Virus record (IMG/VR): IMGVR_UViG_3300042485_001768
DNA length: 64,000 nucleotides
Strand: one strand, 5' to 3'
Source of the DNA: a virus
Lineage: Duplodnaviria; Heunggongvirae; Uroviricota; Caudoviricetes
Under the pieces are notes generated by a model, which saw only the letters and a program-made list of their open reading frames with translations, was not told the origin of the DNA and did not search any database. Shown piece after piece: positions 19,807 through 28,900 of the stretch. Position 1 is the first letter of the stretch, and each line of letters starts with the position of its first letter. Both the position numbers and the translations under genes were made by a program.

Positions 19807-20390
19807 TGGCAAAGGCTAAAATACATAACCCACTAAGAGTTGGTAATGATTATGGACAAATAAAATTTGGGCACATTAACATTAATAATCATGTTGCTGG
19901 TGTAATGATTCGTAATGGTCCCCCAGCACCCGCAGCAGAGCATTACATGCAGTTCATGTCTACTGGGACTATGGCTGGTGGAACAATTAATAGATGTCCT
20001 GGAGTTTATCAAATATGGTGTGGGAATAATCCAGTAACCAATGTATCATTTGTTTTAAATGCTGTTGATGGTGACATCATTATTCGTGCTCCAAATGGGC
20101 GAATAATGATGGAAGCAAAAAATATTGATATTAGAGCAAATGGTGATAGTAATAAAAGTGGATTTGTAAATATTGATGCTAATGAAAAAGTAGTCATTCG
20201 CTCTAAAAATATTGAAATTAATGCCTCTTCTGTGGCAAAATTTTTCTCCTCTGGATTATGTGAGATAGTTGGCAAAAATACTTTAAATTTTGCTGGCGGT
20301 TTAATTGATTGTGCAGATGGTGCTACATCTGTTAGAAAATCTAAAGGAATATCTAACTTAGAAAATCAAGAAGCAAGGGACTCGACTTAA
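19806..20390 (+). CDS. beta-helix protein, possibly a spike tip/needle protein (gp5 C-terminal-domain-like)
   Basis: 194 aa, ATGG overlap with the gp5 stop. Repetitive V/I-x-x-N-x-D/N-I pattern (IIIRAPNGRIMMEAKNIDIRANGD..VNIDANEKVVIRSKNIEINA) typical of beta-helix. Confidence 0.4.
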   Translation: MAKAKIHNPLRVGNDYGQIKFGHININNHVAGVMIRNGPPAPAAEHYMQFMSTGTMAGGTINRCPGVYQIWCGNNPVTNVSFVLNAVDGDIIIRAPNGRIMMEAKNIDIRANGDSNKSGFVNIDANEKVVIRSKNIEINASSVAKFFSSGLCEIVGKNTLNFAGGLIDCADGATSVRKSKGISNLENQEARDST

Positions 20391-20391
20391 T

Positions 20392-21171
20392 ATGAAATTA
20401 CCTGACGTAGAAGTTAAAAAAAGATTATTTGTTGGTGTTGGTGATCCGTCACTTGTACTTGGATTAGGTCCAACAGAAATTAGAGGTTCTGCATATGTAG
20501 AAGGTCCAGAAGTTGTTGGAGACCCAAAAGTTTTTGGTGCTGGACCAAAAGCTACATTGATGGTTGGTCCAAATAAAAACTCAGACTCCCCACCAAATAT
20601 TATTCCTGGTGCTCTATGTACTGGTAATAATTCACCTTATTCTTTAGGTGTTATTGGAAATGCTGCTATCTTTACGCATCTTGATGTAAATGGTAACATC
20701 AGTGCTGGTAACAATATTATTGCTCAGGGTGAAGTGATGTCACGTTGCGGTGGGCATATTCTTTCTGCTAAAAAGAATTTTGACATTCCACACCCAACAA
20801 AAGAAGGGTGGAGACTTCGCCATACTTGTCCAGAAGGACCATCTAATGATGTATATTTTCGTGGTAAAACTAAAAAAAATATTATAGAACTTCCAGAATA
20901 TTGGTTAAATTTAGTTGATGAAGATTCTATAACTGTTAATTTAACACCGATTGGAATAAATCAAGACCTAGTTGTTGAGGATATTAAAGACAATAAAATT
21001 TATATAAAAAATAACGGATTCCCAATACATTGTTTTTATCATGTTTATGGTGAAAGAAAAGATGGTGAAAAACTAATTCCTGAATATGAGGGTTCTACCC
21101 CTGCTGATTATCCAGGTAATAATGATGAATACTCTGTATCTGGATATCATTATGATATTAAGGAGGATTAA
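20392..21171 (+). CDS. conserved phage structural protein, FDIPHPTK-motif family (paralog 1)
   Basis: 259 aa. Shares KKNFDIPHPTKEGWRLRHTCPEGPSNDVYFRGK...LPEYW..VDED..VNLTPIG...IKNN with the next ORF. Confidence 0.5.
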   Translation: MKLPDVEVKKRLFVGVGDPSLVLGLGPTEIRGSAYVEGPEVVGDPKVFGAGPKATLMVGPNKNSDSPPNIIPGALCTGNNSPYSLGVIGNAAIFTHLDVNGNISAGNNIIAQGEVMSRCGGHILSAKKNFDIPHPTKEGWRLRHTCPEGPSNDVYFRGKTKKNIIELPEYWLNLVDEDSITVNLTPIGINQDLVVEDIKDNKIYIKNNGFPIHCFYHVYGERKDGEKLIPEYEGSTPADYPGNNDEYSVSGYHYDIKED

Positions 21172-21173
21172 AA

Positions 21174-21830
21174 ATGGCTGAAGAAGGAACTTTTGTATCA
21201 AAAAGAGTTGGAAGAAGGAATTGTGGGGATAAAGGTATTAAAGGACCATTCTCTACAAAGTTTGATTATATCTTAAAGTCCTTAACTGGAGATGATGATT
21301 ATCCTAAAGAGGCATGTACTCCTTGGATTCATTACAACGTTAAAGTTGGTAATTTAAAAGCAGATCAAATTGTTCAGGCTGCAGATGTTAAAACTTCTGC
21401 AGTGTACTCATTGAATGCAAAGTCTGCTATTTGGGATGCTAAAAAATCTTTTGATATTCAGCACCCAACTAAACCAGATCATCGTCTTAGATATATTTGT
21501 CTCGAAGGTCCAACAGCAGATGTATATCTGAGGGGTAAACTGATTAATGAGTCATACATTCAACTACCAGATTATTGGAAGAATTTTGTTGATATGGACA
21601 ATTTGGTAATAAATTTAACACCAAATGGGCATTGGCAAGAATTATTTGTTGATAAAATTGAATGGGGAAATAAAATCCACATCAAAAATAATGCAGGAAC
21701 TGCAATTAATTGTGATTATGTTGTATTTGGTGAGCGTATTGATACCACTAAAAATATTTCTGAATACCAAGGCTTGACACCAGCGGACTATCCAGGAGAT
21801 AATAGAGAATATAATATCAACGGTAAGTGA
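21174..21830 (+). CDS. conserved phage structural protein, FDIPHPTK-motif family (paralog 2)
   Basis: 218 aa. KKSFDIQHPTKPDHRLRYICLEGPTADVYLRGK...LPDYWKNFVDMDNLVINLTPNG is collinear with the previous ORF, indicating a tandem duplication. Confidence 0.5.
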   Translation: MAEEGTFVSKRVGRRNCGDKGIKGPFSTKFDYILKSLTGDDDYPKEACTPWIHYNVKVGNLKADQIVQAADVKTSAVYSLNAKSAIWDAKKSFDIQHPTKPDHRLRYICLEGPTADVYLRGKLINESYIQLPDYWKNFVDMDNLVINLTPNGHWQELFVDKIEWGNKIHIKNNAGTAINCDYVVFGERIDTTKNISEYQGLTPADYPGDNREYNINGK

Positions 21831-22504
21831 TGCATAGAGTACATGAAGCATTTCCTCTGATTGTTTATCAGGGAATGGTGGAATCTCACGATAAAATTAA
21901 AATTTATTTAGAAGAACTTCGTGATTATTGGTTTGATGGATATCAAAATGAAAGTCCAGAGTATTCTGGTAGAATTTTTGCACATCAAAATAAAATTTAT
22001 CGTCCATTTTTTGAAGAACTTCGTACTCATGTAGATAATTATTTTGAATATCTTAATGTAGATTATTCAAAACTTGATTATCATATCATCAAATCTTGGG
22101 TAGGATATCATAAAGATGATGAGACTCCATCAATCAAACCTCATAATCACAATGCATCTGATTTGAGTTTTGTTTTTTATGTTAAAACTGATGAAACTTC
22201 GGATAAATTTTGTGTAGCACAAGAAAAAAATCTTAATGAGTGTGTTGGTGATATGTTCACTGAGGCATTGCAAAAGAATTTAATCACTGGATATAATCGT
22301 TATAATTGTAATGTATACAGTATTACTCCAATAGAGGGAAGTGTAGTAATCTTTCCTAGTAAAATTGGGCATTTTACTCAAAAATTTACTGAGAGGAAGG
22401 GTGAACGTCTTGTGATTCCTGGTGATATTCGTGTTACTTTAAAACCAGAACATCCAGATTATCACCAAGGGTCTACTCACCCATCCCAGTGGTTACAACT
22501 TTAG
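21827..22504 (+). CDS. hypothetical protein, weak 2OG-Fe(II) oxygenase/cupin-like features
   Basis: 225 aa. PHNHNASD...GHF could be a His-x-Asp...His metal site. Weak. Confidence 0.3.
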   Translation: MMHRVHEAFPLIVYQGMVESHDKIKIYLEELRDYWFDGYQNESPEYSGRIFAHQNKIYRPFFEELRTHVDNYFEYLNVDYSKLDYHIIKSWVGYHKDDETPSIKPHNHNASDLSFVFYVKTDETSDKFCVAQEKNLNECVGDMFTEALQKNLITGYNRYNCNVYSITPIEGSVVIFPSKIGHFTQKFTERKGERLVIPGDIRVTLKPEHPDYHQGSTHPSQWLQL

Positions 22505-23213
22505 TGGGTTCATATTTTGTATAAATTTTTTGAACGTTAGACATCCAAGGTTCATCTCTCATTTTCCAATCCATATCATAATCGAGTGTGATATGTGCTG
22601 AACCAATATACCTATCGATGTATGATTTGATTAGGGTTTCTCCAATAGAGACATCACCCCAATCATTATCATGCATTATTTTTATTTTTGTATATAATTT
22701 AAGATACTTCTTCATCCAATAATAATTACCGTGGGCAAAGTAATCAACATAAGAATCTTCTGGATTGCATGGTCCTGGATGAACCTTCCATACAGGTAAA
22801 ACTAAATCTTTATCTGATTGAAGATTGAAATTTTTTATTGATAAATCTGCTCTACATTTAATAATAATATCATATTCTTTTGGTTCAAAAAGATATAATC
22901 CAAGAAAGTTTGTATACCACTGTCTTAGTATTCTATAAGACCATTCTCTTCCATGTGCTTCTAATCCATTTGATTTGAATTCAAAATTTGGAAGAGATTC
23001 TTTATCTCTAAACAAATAATTTTTTGGTTTATATTTTTCTATTACTTTATTTACATTTACTTGGACTATTTCAGACCCCATGTAAAGTTCAGAGTAAGTA
23101 TATGAACTAATATATACATCTGCCGAATACTTATCAATTATATTTTGTTTTATGTTTTGGAAGTGGTTCTCCCAATTCCTCATATATCCAGTTAATAATA
23201 GAGCAACTTTCAT
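22473..23213 (-). CDS. hypothetical protein
   Basis: 246 aa lone minus-strand ORF with coding-like composition. No motif recognised. Confidence 0.45.
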   Translation of the reverse strand: MKVALLLTGYMRNWENHFQNIKQNIIDKYSADVYISSYTYSELYMGSEIVQVNVNKVIEKYKPKNYLFRDKESLPNFEFKSNGLEAHGREWSYRILRQWYTNFLGLYLFEPKEYDIIIKCRADLSIKNFNLQSDKDLVLPVWKVHPGPCNPEDSYVDYFAHGNYYWMKKYLKLYTKIKIMHDNDWGDVSIGETLIKSYIDRYIGSAHITLDYDMDWKMRDEPWMSNVQKIYTKYEPTKVVTTGMGE

Positions 23214-23259
23214 TTCGATTAAAAATGTGATATATATAAATTTATAATGATAATTTAAA

Positions 23260-24036
23260 ATGTCTGAACTTGTAAATTTATTAACATTAGAAGCATCTCA
23301 GTTAGAACAAAATTCTGAAGGACTTCCAGAATATCGTGATAGAGCTGCTGGATTGGCTGCTTCTTATAGATTGCCATCAAAACAATTTGATGACTTGGCA
23401 TTAAATCTTTTAACATCTGCAAATGCAGCAAAAGTTACTGCAGTATCTTTAGGTGGTAATACTGGATTAAATACTGCATGTTACACTGCAGATACATCTT
23501 GGATTACTTCTACATATGGAAGTCTTGTTGCTAGTGTTGGTGTTGCATCTGCAGCGTCTTTAGGTGTTGTTGGACTGGGTTCAATATCAATTGCTTATGG
23601 TGTAATTAAAGGTGATGTTCTAGAAGCATATACTTATCCAAAAGTGGAGAGTTTGGATGTAAGTGTTGAAAATCCATTTGTTGGTGAAGGATATGTTACT
23701 GTAAATTCTGGTAATTCTGGTATTGGTAAAGATACTAGATATACTATAAATGGTGGATCTGTGATTGGGAATGTTTTTGCAGTATCCGTGGCAGGAACTT
23801 GTGGTGGGTCTACTATTGCGAGTAATGTGTCACCACTAAAAATTCAATACACAAATTCATCTGCTGGAATTTCTTCTTATAATACTTTAGCAACTAAAGT
23901 AAAAAAATATAAGACTGAATATGAATTTCATGTGTGGTCTTATAATAGGAAAATAAAAGAAAATGATGATGATTCTGCAGATCAAATTGTAGTTGCAGGA
24001 ATTCTCACCGACCCTGTGTATGGTGGACCATACTAA
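23260..24036 (+). CDS. hypothetical protein (Ala/Gly/Ser/Thr-rich, possibly structural)
   Basis: 258 aa ORF followed at 24037-24055 by the GGGGGGTTGACAACCCCC hairpin. Confidence 0.45.
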   Translation: MSELVNLLTLEASQLEQNSEGLPEYRDRAAGLAASYRLPSKQFDDLALNLLTSANAAKVTAVSLGGNTGLNTACYTADTSWITSTYGSLVASVGVASAASLGVVGLGSISIAYGVIKGDVLEAYTYPKVESLDVSVENPFVGEGYVTVNSGNSGIGKDTRYTINGGSVIGNVFAVSVAGTCGGSTIASNVSPLKIQYTNSSAGISSYNTLATKVKKYKTEYEFHVWSYNRKIKENDDDSADQIVVAGILTDPVYGGPY

Positions 24037-24095
24037 GGGGGGGTTGACAACCCCCAAAGACCCTGCTATTATATGGAGGTAAACAACGCAAAACC

Positions 24096-24311
24096 TTGAT
24101 AAATATGATTGATGAAAACATTGATGAATATTTGACTCGTTGCGTTGTTGATACCAGTACACGAACCTTTTTAATTTACTCAAATCTGGGTGACGAAAAA
24201 GTAATTGAGTGTTCTAATAGTGAAGAGTTCTTAAATGTTCTTTCTTTTGTGAGAGGTGTTCTTGGTGAAGACATTCTTGTTTATGCCGATCCTCTTGTAA
24301 AGAACAACTAG
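24096..24311 (+). CDS. hypothetical small protein
   Basis: 71 aa ORF ending 2 nt before the tRNA-like element. Confidence 0.3.
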   Translation: MINMIDENIDEYLTRCVVDTSTRTFLIYSNLGDEKVIECSNSEEFLNVLSFVRGVLGEDILVYADPLVKNN

Positions 24312-24312
24312 T

Positions 24313-24383
24313 GCGGGTGTGGTGTAGCGGTAACATACCATCCTTCCAAGTTGTAGTCACGGGTTCGATCCCCGTCACCCGCT
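24313..24383 (+). tRNA. tRNA-like element with a non-canonical anticodon arm (possible pseudo-tRNA or atypical tRNA)
   Basis: Perfect 7-bp acceptor stem GCGGGTG/CACCCGC. D-arm GTGT-AGCGGTAAC-ATAC. T-arm ACGGG-TTCGATC-CCCGT. A TTCCAAG stretch could present a CCA or UCC anticodon, but no 5-bp anticodon stem pairs. Confidence 0.45.
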
Positions 24384-24717
24384 TACCAAAATTTGGATTT
24401 AATTCCATTTTTGGTCGAAAAAAATTCCGCCAAAATTTGCTAAAAAACCTTTTTATGAATCCTTATAAAATTTCTTATAGGAACCTGTGCGAATCTGTAG
24501 TTAAAACAACTCCAGAAAATGTTAAAGAAGCAAATGAAGGTTTATTTAACTGTACTATGACATTGCCATCTGCTGCTAAGCATTGTGGTATGTCTCAAAA
24601 AGAAATGAAATTAACTTTTTATGAATATTTAAAGTATAATCCTTCTACTTATAAATTTGATTGAGGGGAATATCTAAAGGGATTGAGCATAACTCTCCGC
24701 CCCTCATATATAAATAA

Positions 24718-24999
24718 ATGGTGATTCTTATGAAGTATAGAATCGATACCACATATTGTTGGTATAATAAAGGAAGTATGATTGTAAAAATGTATTTTAT
24801 CAATCACATACCATTCACTTTTGATGAACTTCCATCTATCTCTTTAGAAGATCCAGAATTAATCTCTATCGCTGACAAAAATAGAAGATACGATCCAGAA
24901 GATTTGTATAAAACTTCTTTTTATTTAATTGATGAACAAGCACATCCATGCTTGTTTCCGATAGAACTGGAAAATCCAGAAGATCTTCCAGTAGATTAA
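24718..24999 (+). CDS. hypothetical protein
   Basis: 93 aa ORF. TATAAATA (24709-24716) abuts the first ATG, so the second ATG at 24730 (MKYRID...) may be the true start. Confidence 0.35.
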   Translation: MVILMKYRIDTTYCWYNKGSMIVKMYFINHIPFTFDELPSISLEDPELISIADKNRRYDPEDLYKTSFYLIDEQAHPCLFPIELENPEDLPVD

Positions 25000-25036
25000 T
25001 GTAGTAGACCTTATAAATAAAACAACACGGTCTACC

Positions 25037-25453
25037 ATGTTAGGAACTTGCTCTTATTGTTCGCAAAAGTTTAAGTACAAACCATCACAACAAAGTGGTA
25101 AGTATTGCTCTAACACTTGTCAGCAAGAGATTCAAAAAAGACAAAGGATTTCTGAGTGGTTATCTGGGGGAAAACTTCCAGGTAAAACTACACTAAGAGA
25201 ATATCTCACAGAAAAACACGGCTATAAATGTTCGTGCTGTGGGATAACTGAATGGAACAATAACCCAATCAGTTTAGAGGTTGACCATATTGATGGAAAC
25301 CCCTATAATGATAGTCCTGACAATCTCAGGTTTATCTGTCCTAACTGTCATTCTCAAACACCTACATATAAGGCAAAGAATAAAGGTAACGGCAGAGTTC
25401 ATAGACGTGAGAAAGCAAAATTAGATTTTCATAAACAAAAAATATGCTCCTAA
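25037..25453 (+). CDS. HNH endonuclease (homing-endonuclease-like)
   Basis: 138 aa. CSCCG..EWNNNPISLEVDHIDGNPYNDSPDNLRFICPNCH is a complete HNH/Zn-finger motif. Sits between the two tRNA elements. Confidence 0.75.
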   Translation: MLGTCSYCSQKFKYKPSQQSGKYCSNTCQQEIQKRQRISEWLSGGKLPGKTTLREYLTEKHGYKCSCCGITEWNNNPISLEVDHIDGNPYNDSPDNLRFICPNCHSQTPTYKAKNKGNGRVHRREKAKLDFHKQKICS

Positions 25454-25518
25454 AGCATTTAGTGGCGATGTACCTGACTTGTAATCAGGAGAGGATGGTT
25501 CAATTCCGTCTGGGAGCT
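25446..25518 (+). tRNA. tRNA-Thr (anticodon UGU)
   Basis: Manual fold: acceptor GCTCCTA/TGGGAGC with one G-U. D-arm GCAT/ATGT. Anticodon stem CCTGA/TCAGG with loop CTTGTAA (U33, UGU, A37). Variable AGAG. T-arm GATGG-TTCAATT-CCGTC. Discriminator T. Overlaps the HNH stop codon. Confidence 0.8.
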
Positions 25519-25538
25519 TAAGTTTTATAAAACTTCAA

Positions 25539-25694
25539 ATGTCACTAATTTCACAACGAGATCGAGATGTTGCTATTGAAGCACTCAATTTTTATATCTT
25601 TAGTAAAGGTGTTGATTTTACTGAAGAAAAAAGAATGGAAATCAATGCCCTTATTAATTGGTTGAAGTTGGAGAAATCTAAGAATGAAAATTAA
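25539..25694 (+). CDS. hypothetical small protein (51 aa)
   Basis: Hand-translated ATG..TAA ORF (MSLISQRDRDVAIEALNFYIF...) downstream of the tRNA. Below the ORF-track length cutoff. Confidence 0.25.
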   Translation: MSLISQRDRDVAIEALNFYIFSKGVDFTEEKRMEINALINWLKLEKSKNEN

Positions 25695-25848
25695 TTTGTG
25701 GTATTGTAAAGATATGAATCAGTGGCGTTGGACATTGACTGATGATTATCGTCCCGTTGTCAAACAGGAATCTGGTCAGCAACCAGAATTAAGAGTTGCC
25801 ATGAATGATATCGCAACTACTGTAGAATATATGCTTGACAACCATTAA
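25684..25848 (+). CDS. hypothetical small protein (54 aa)
   Basis: Hand-translated ORF (MKINLWYCKDMNQWRWTLTDDYRPV...) whose start overlaps the previous small ORF's stop in ATGAAAATTAA. Confidence 0.25.
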   Translation: MKINLWYCKDMNQWRWTLTDDYRPVVKQESGQQPELRVAMNDIATTVEYMLDNH

Positions 25849-25910
25849 AATTTCTCTTATAATTAATAATGCGATACTAATTCGCAGTGACCCAAAAAGT
25901 GTGACGGTAG

Positions 25911-25940
25911 AACCCTCCTTGTGAGGGTTTTATTGTATTT
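25911..25940 (+). terminator. rho-independent terminator
   Basis: AACCCTC-CTTGT-GAGGGTT: 7-bp stem with 5-nt loop, followed by TTTATTGTATTT. Confidence 0.6.
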
Positions 25941-25997
25941 CTATTGCGGATTTTTAAGTGAATAAATAAAACATAATAGAAATCTTAGTATAATAAA

Positions 25998-28900
25998 ATG
26001 GGTCTCAGTCGCTTAGATAATTTCTTAAAGAATAGTAGAGGTGATATTATATATGTTGATCCCTCAAGTATAGATTCAACTGACAGTATTGAGAATCAAG
26101 GTAATTCTCTAGTCAGACCCTTTAAAACTATTCAAAGAGCTTTAATAGAAGCAGCAAGATTTTCATATCAAAGAGGTTTAGATAATGACCGATTTGGTAG
26201 AACAACAATTATTGTATATCCAGGTGAGCATTTAATCGATAATAGACCTGGATGGATACCAATTCATGACAATCCAGTAGCTGGAAATAATTGGTTAACC
26301 AGAGGTGGTGCAGTATCTAATGAATTTCCAGAGTTTAACTTAAATTCCAACTTTGATATTAATAATGATACTAATGATCTTTATAAAATGAATAGTGTAT
26401 TCGGGGGTATTATTATTCCTCGTGGTACATCTATTGTTGGTATGGATCTTAGGAAAACTAAAATTAGGGCTAAATTTATCCCTAATCCAGAAGATGATAC
26501 TATTGATAGAACATCAATCTTTAGAGTAACTGGTTCTTGTTATTTTTATCAGTTTACGTTTTTTGACGCAGACCCAAATAGTGTAGTATTTAAAGATTAT
26601 GGTCCTACAAAGTTCGTTCCAAATTTTTCACACCATAAACTAACTTGTTTTGAATATGCTGATGGTGTAAATCCTGTTATTTTCGATGACCAATATATTA
26701 CATATAAGACTACAAAAACCGATCTAGATTTATATTATGATAAAATCGCACTTGCATATGGTTCATCTAGTGGAAGATTAATATCTCCAGATTTTCCAAC
26801 TGATGGTGTAGATGTACAAACAAAAATTGATGAATATAGAATTGTTGGTTCAAAAGGTCAAAATGTTGGTATCACCAGCATTAAGGCGGGTGATGGTGTA
26901 GTATCTTCGACTACAATCACCGTTGATATTGAAGAACCAATTGGTGGACTAGATGTAGATACTCCAATTAGAATCGAAGGTGTACCTACTGCTGGTTATA
27001 ATGGACAATATGTTGTAAGCACATCTGAAAGTCCTACTCGAATTACCTATAAAACTTCTTCTTCTCCAGCAAATCCGCTTCCTACTATTGTAAGTGGAAC
27101 ACCTACATTAAACATTGTAGTTGATACTGTAACATCAGCTTCTCCATATATCTTTAACTGTTCTCTTAGATCAGTATTTGGTATGTGTGGTCTTCACGCT
27201 GATGGTAGTAAAGCCGATGGATTTAAATCCATGGTTGTTGCCCAGTTTACTGGTATCGGTCTACAAAAAGACGATAATGCATTCTTAAAATATAATACTA
27301 CCTCTGGTGTATATGAAGACAAAACTGCAGTATCGAATATTCACACAAATTCTTCTGCGGTATATAAACCAGAATACGAAAACTTCCACATTAAAGCATC
27401 GAATGATGCATTCTTACAGTTAGTTTCTGTATTTGCTATTGGTTATGCAAATCACTTCTTAGCGGAAAGTGGTGGTGACCATTCTATTACAAACTCTAAC
27501 TCAAACTTTGGTGCAAAATCTCTTGTTGCTAGAGGATTTAAAAAAGAAGCGTTCTCAAGAGATGACACTGGATTTATAACTCATATTATTCCACCACAAG
27601 AAATTCAAAGTGAAGATATTAATGTTGAGTATACTTCTATTGACGTAGAAACAACTGTAGGTATTGGAAGTACCACAAGATTATATCTTTATAATGAAAC
27701 TGATTTAGATAATCCACCACTATCAGTTGTTGATGGATACAGAATTGGTTCTAAAATAAATGATGAATTAAAGGTTCTTCTTAACATTAACGGGCAATCT
27801 ACTACAAAAACATCTAAAATTATAATGCCAAATACCCAGTCAACTGGGATTTATGAAAGTTCTTCTTATAAAGAAGCTGTTGTTGGTAGAACAAATATTG
27901 GTATTAATAGTATTTCTTCTAATACTTTTACTTTAACTGCACCTCACCAATTCATACAAGGCGAATCTTTAAGAGTTTTTAGTAGTGATGGTGAACTTCC
28001 TGATGGATTAAATCATAATCAGGTTTATTATGCAATTACTGCTGGAATTAATTCTGACCAAATTAAACTTTCCCAAACATTTAACGATACAATTACTGAA
28101 GATGCAGTAACTGTTAACAACAAAGGTGGCATTTTAACAATTGAAAGTAGAGTATCGGATAAAAAGTCTGGTGATATTGGGCATCCAATTCAGTTTGATA
28201 GTAATATTGGTCAATGGTATCTTACTGTTAGTGGAATATCTAGTTACAATCAAATATACTCTAGTGTTGTTGGTCTTGGAACTACTACTCTTGGAAGAAC
28301 AACACCAAGAACATTTATCACTAGAAAGTCTGATACCAGATCATTAATTGATAAAATCTATAAAGTTCGTTATGTAATTCCAAAAGATTCTGCAGTTATT
28401 GCACGACCACCTAGAGATGGATTCGTAATTCAAGAATCTAATACTACTATTGGTGCTACTCAAGAAGAAATTGGCAAGTACAATAGTGTTGATGCTGTAA
28501 TTTTAAATAATTCTTCTGAATTAAGAAATTACAGATTTATATCTAATGCAGTTTGGGATTCTGTTGGTATTGCTACTCTTACAACTGAAGTTCCACACGA
28601 ATTATCTGTAGGTTCATTAATTCAAATTAATAACATTAAGTCTGGATTTAACACTACAGGTGTTGGTAATAGTGGTTTTAATGGTGAATACTTTGTAACT
28701 TCAAAACTTTCGAGAAGAGAATTTACAATTGGATTAACTACAAATCCAGGACTATTCCAAAGTGACACCTCTATTAGAGACGTAGAGTTACCATATTATA
28801 AGAGAGTTAGATTTAATAATACTTTTGTAGTATATAAGTCCGAAGAAATTCAGCAATATGTTCCAAATACAAAAGATGGTGTTTATCATTTAACTATTAT

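Noticed and set aside
24037-24055. GGGGGGTTGACAACCCCC hairpin after ORF 23260..24036 as a terminator
   Set aside because: The stem is good (7 bp) but it is followed by AAAGACCC rather than a U-tract on the + strand, so it was not listed as an intrinsic terminator. It may still be a structured RNA element.
24214-24408. 64-aa minus-strand ORF (…GIEPVTTTWKDGMLPL…) at the tRNA-like element
   Set aside because: The GIEPVT string is the usual reverse-strand translation artefact of a tRNA T-arm. The tRNA-like structure is on the + strand.
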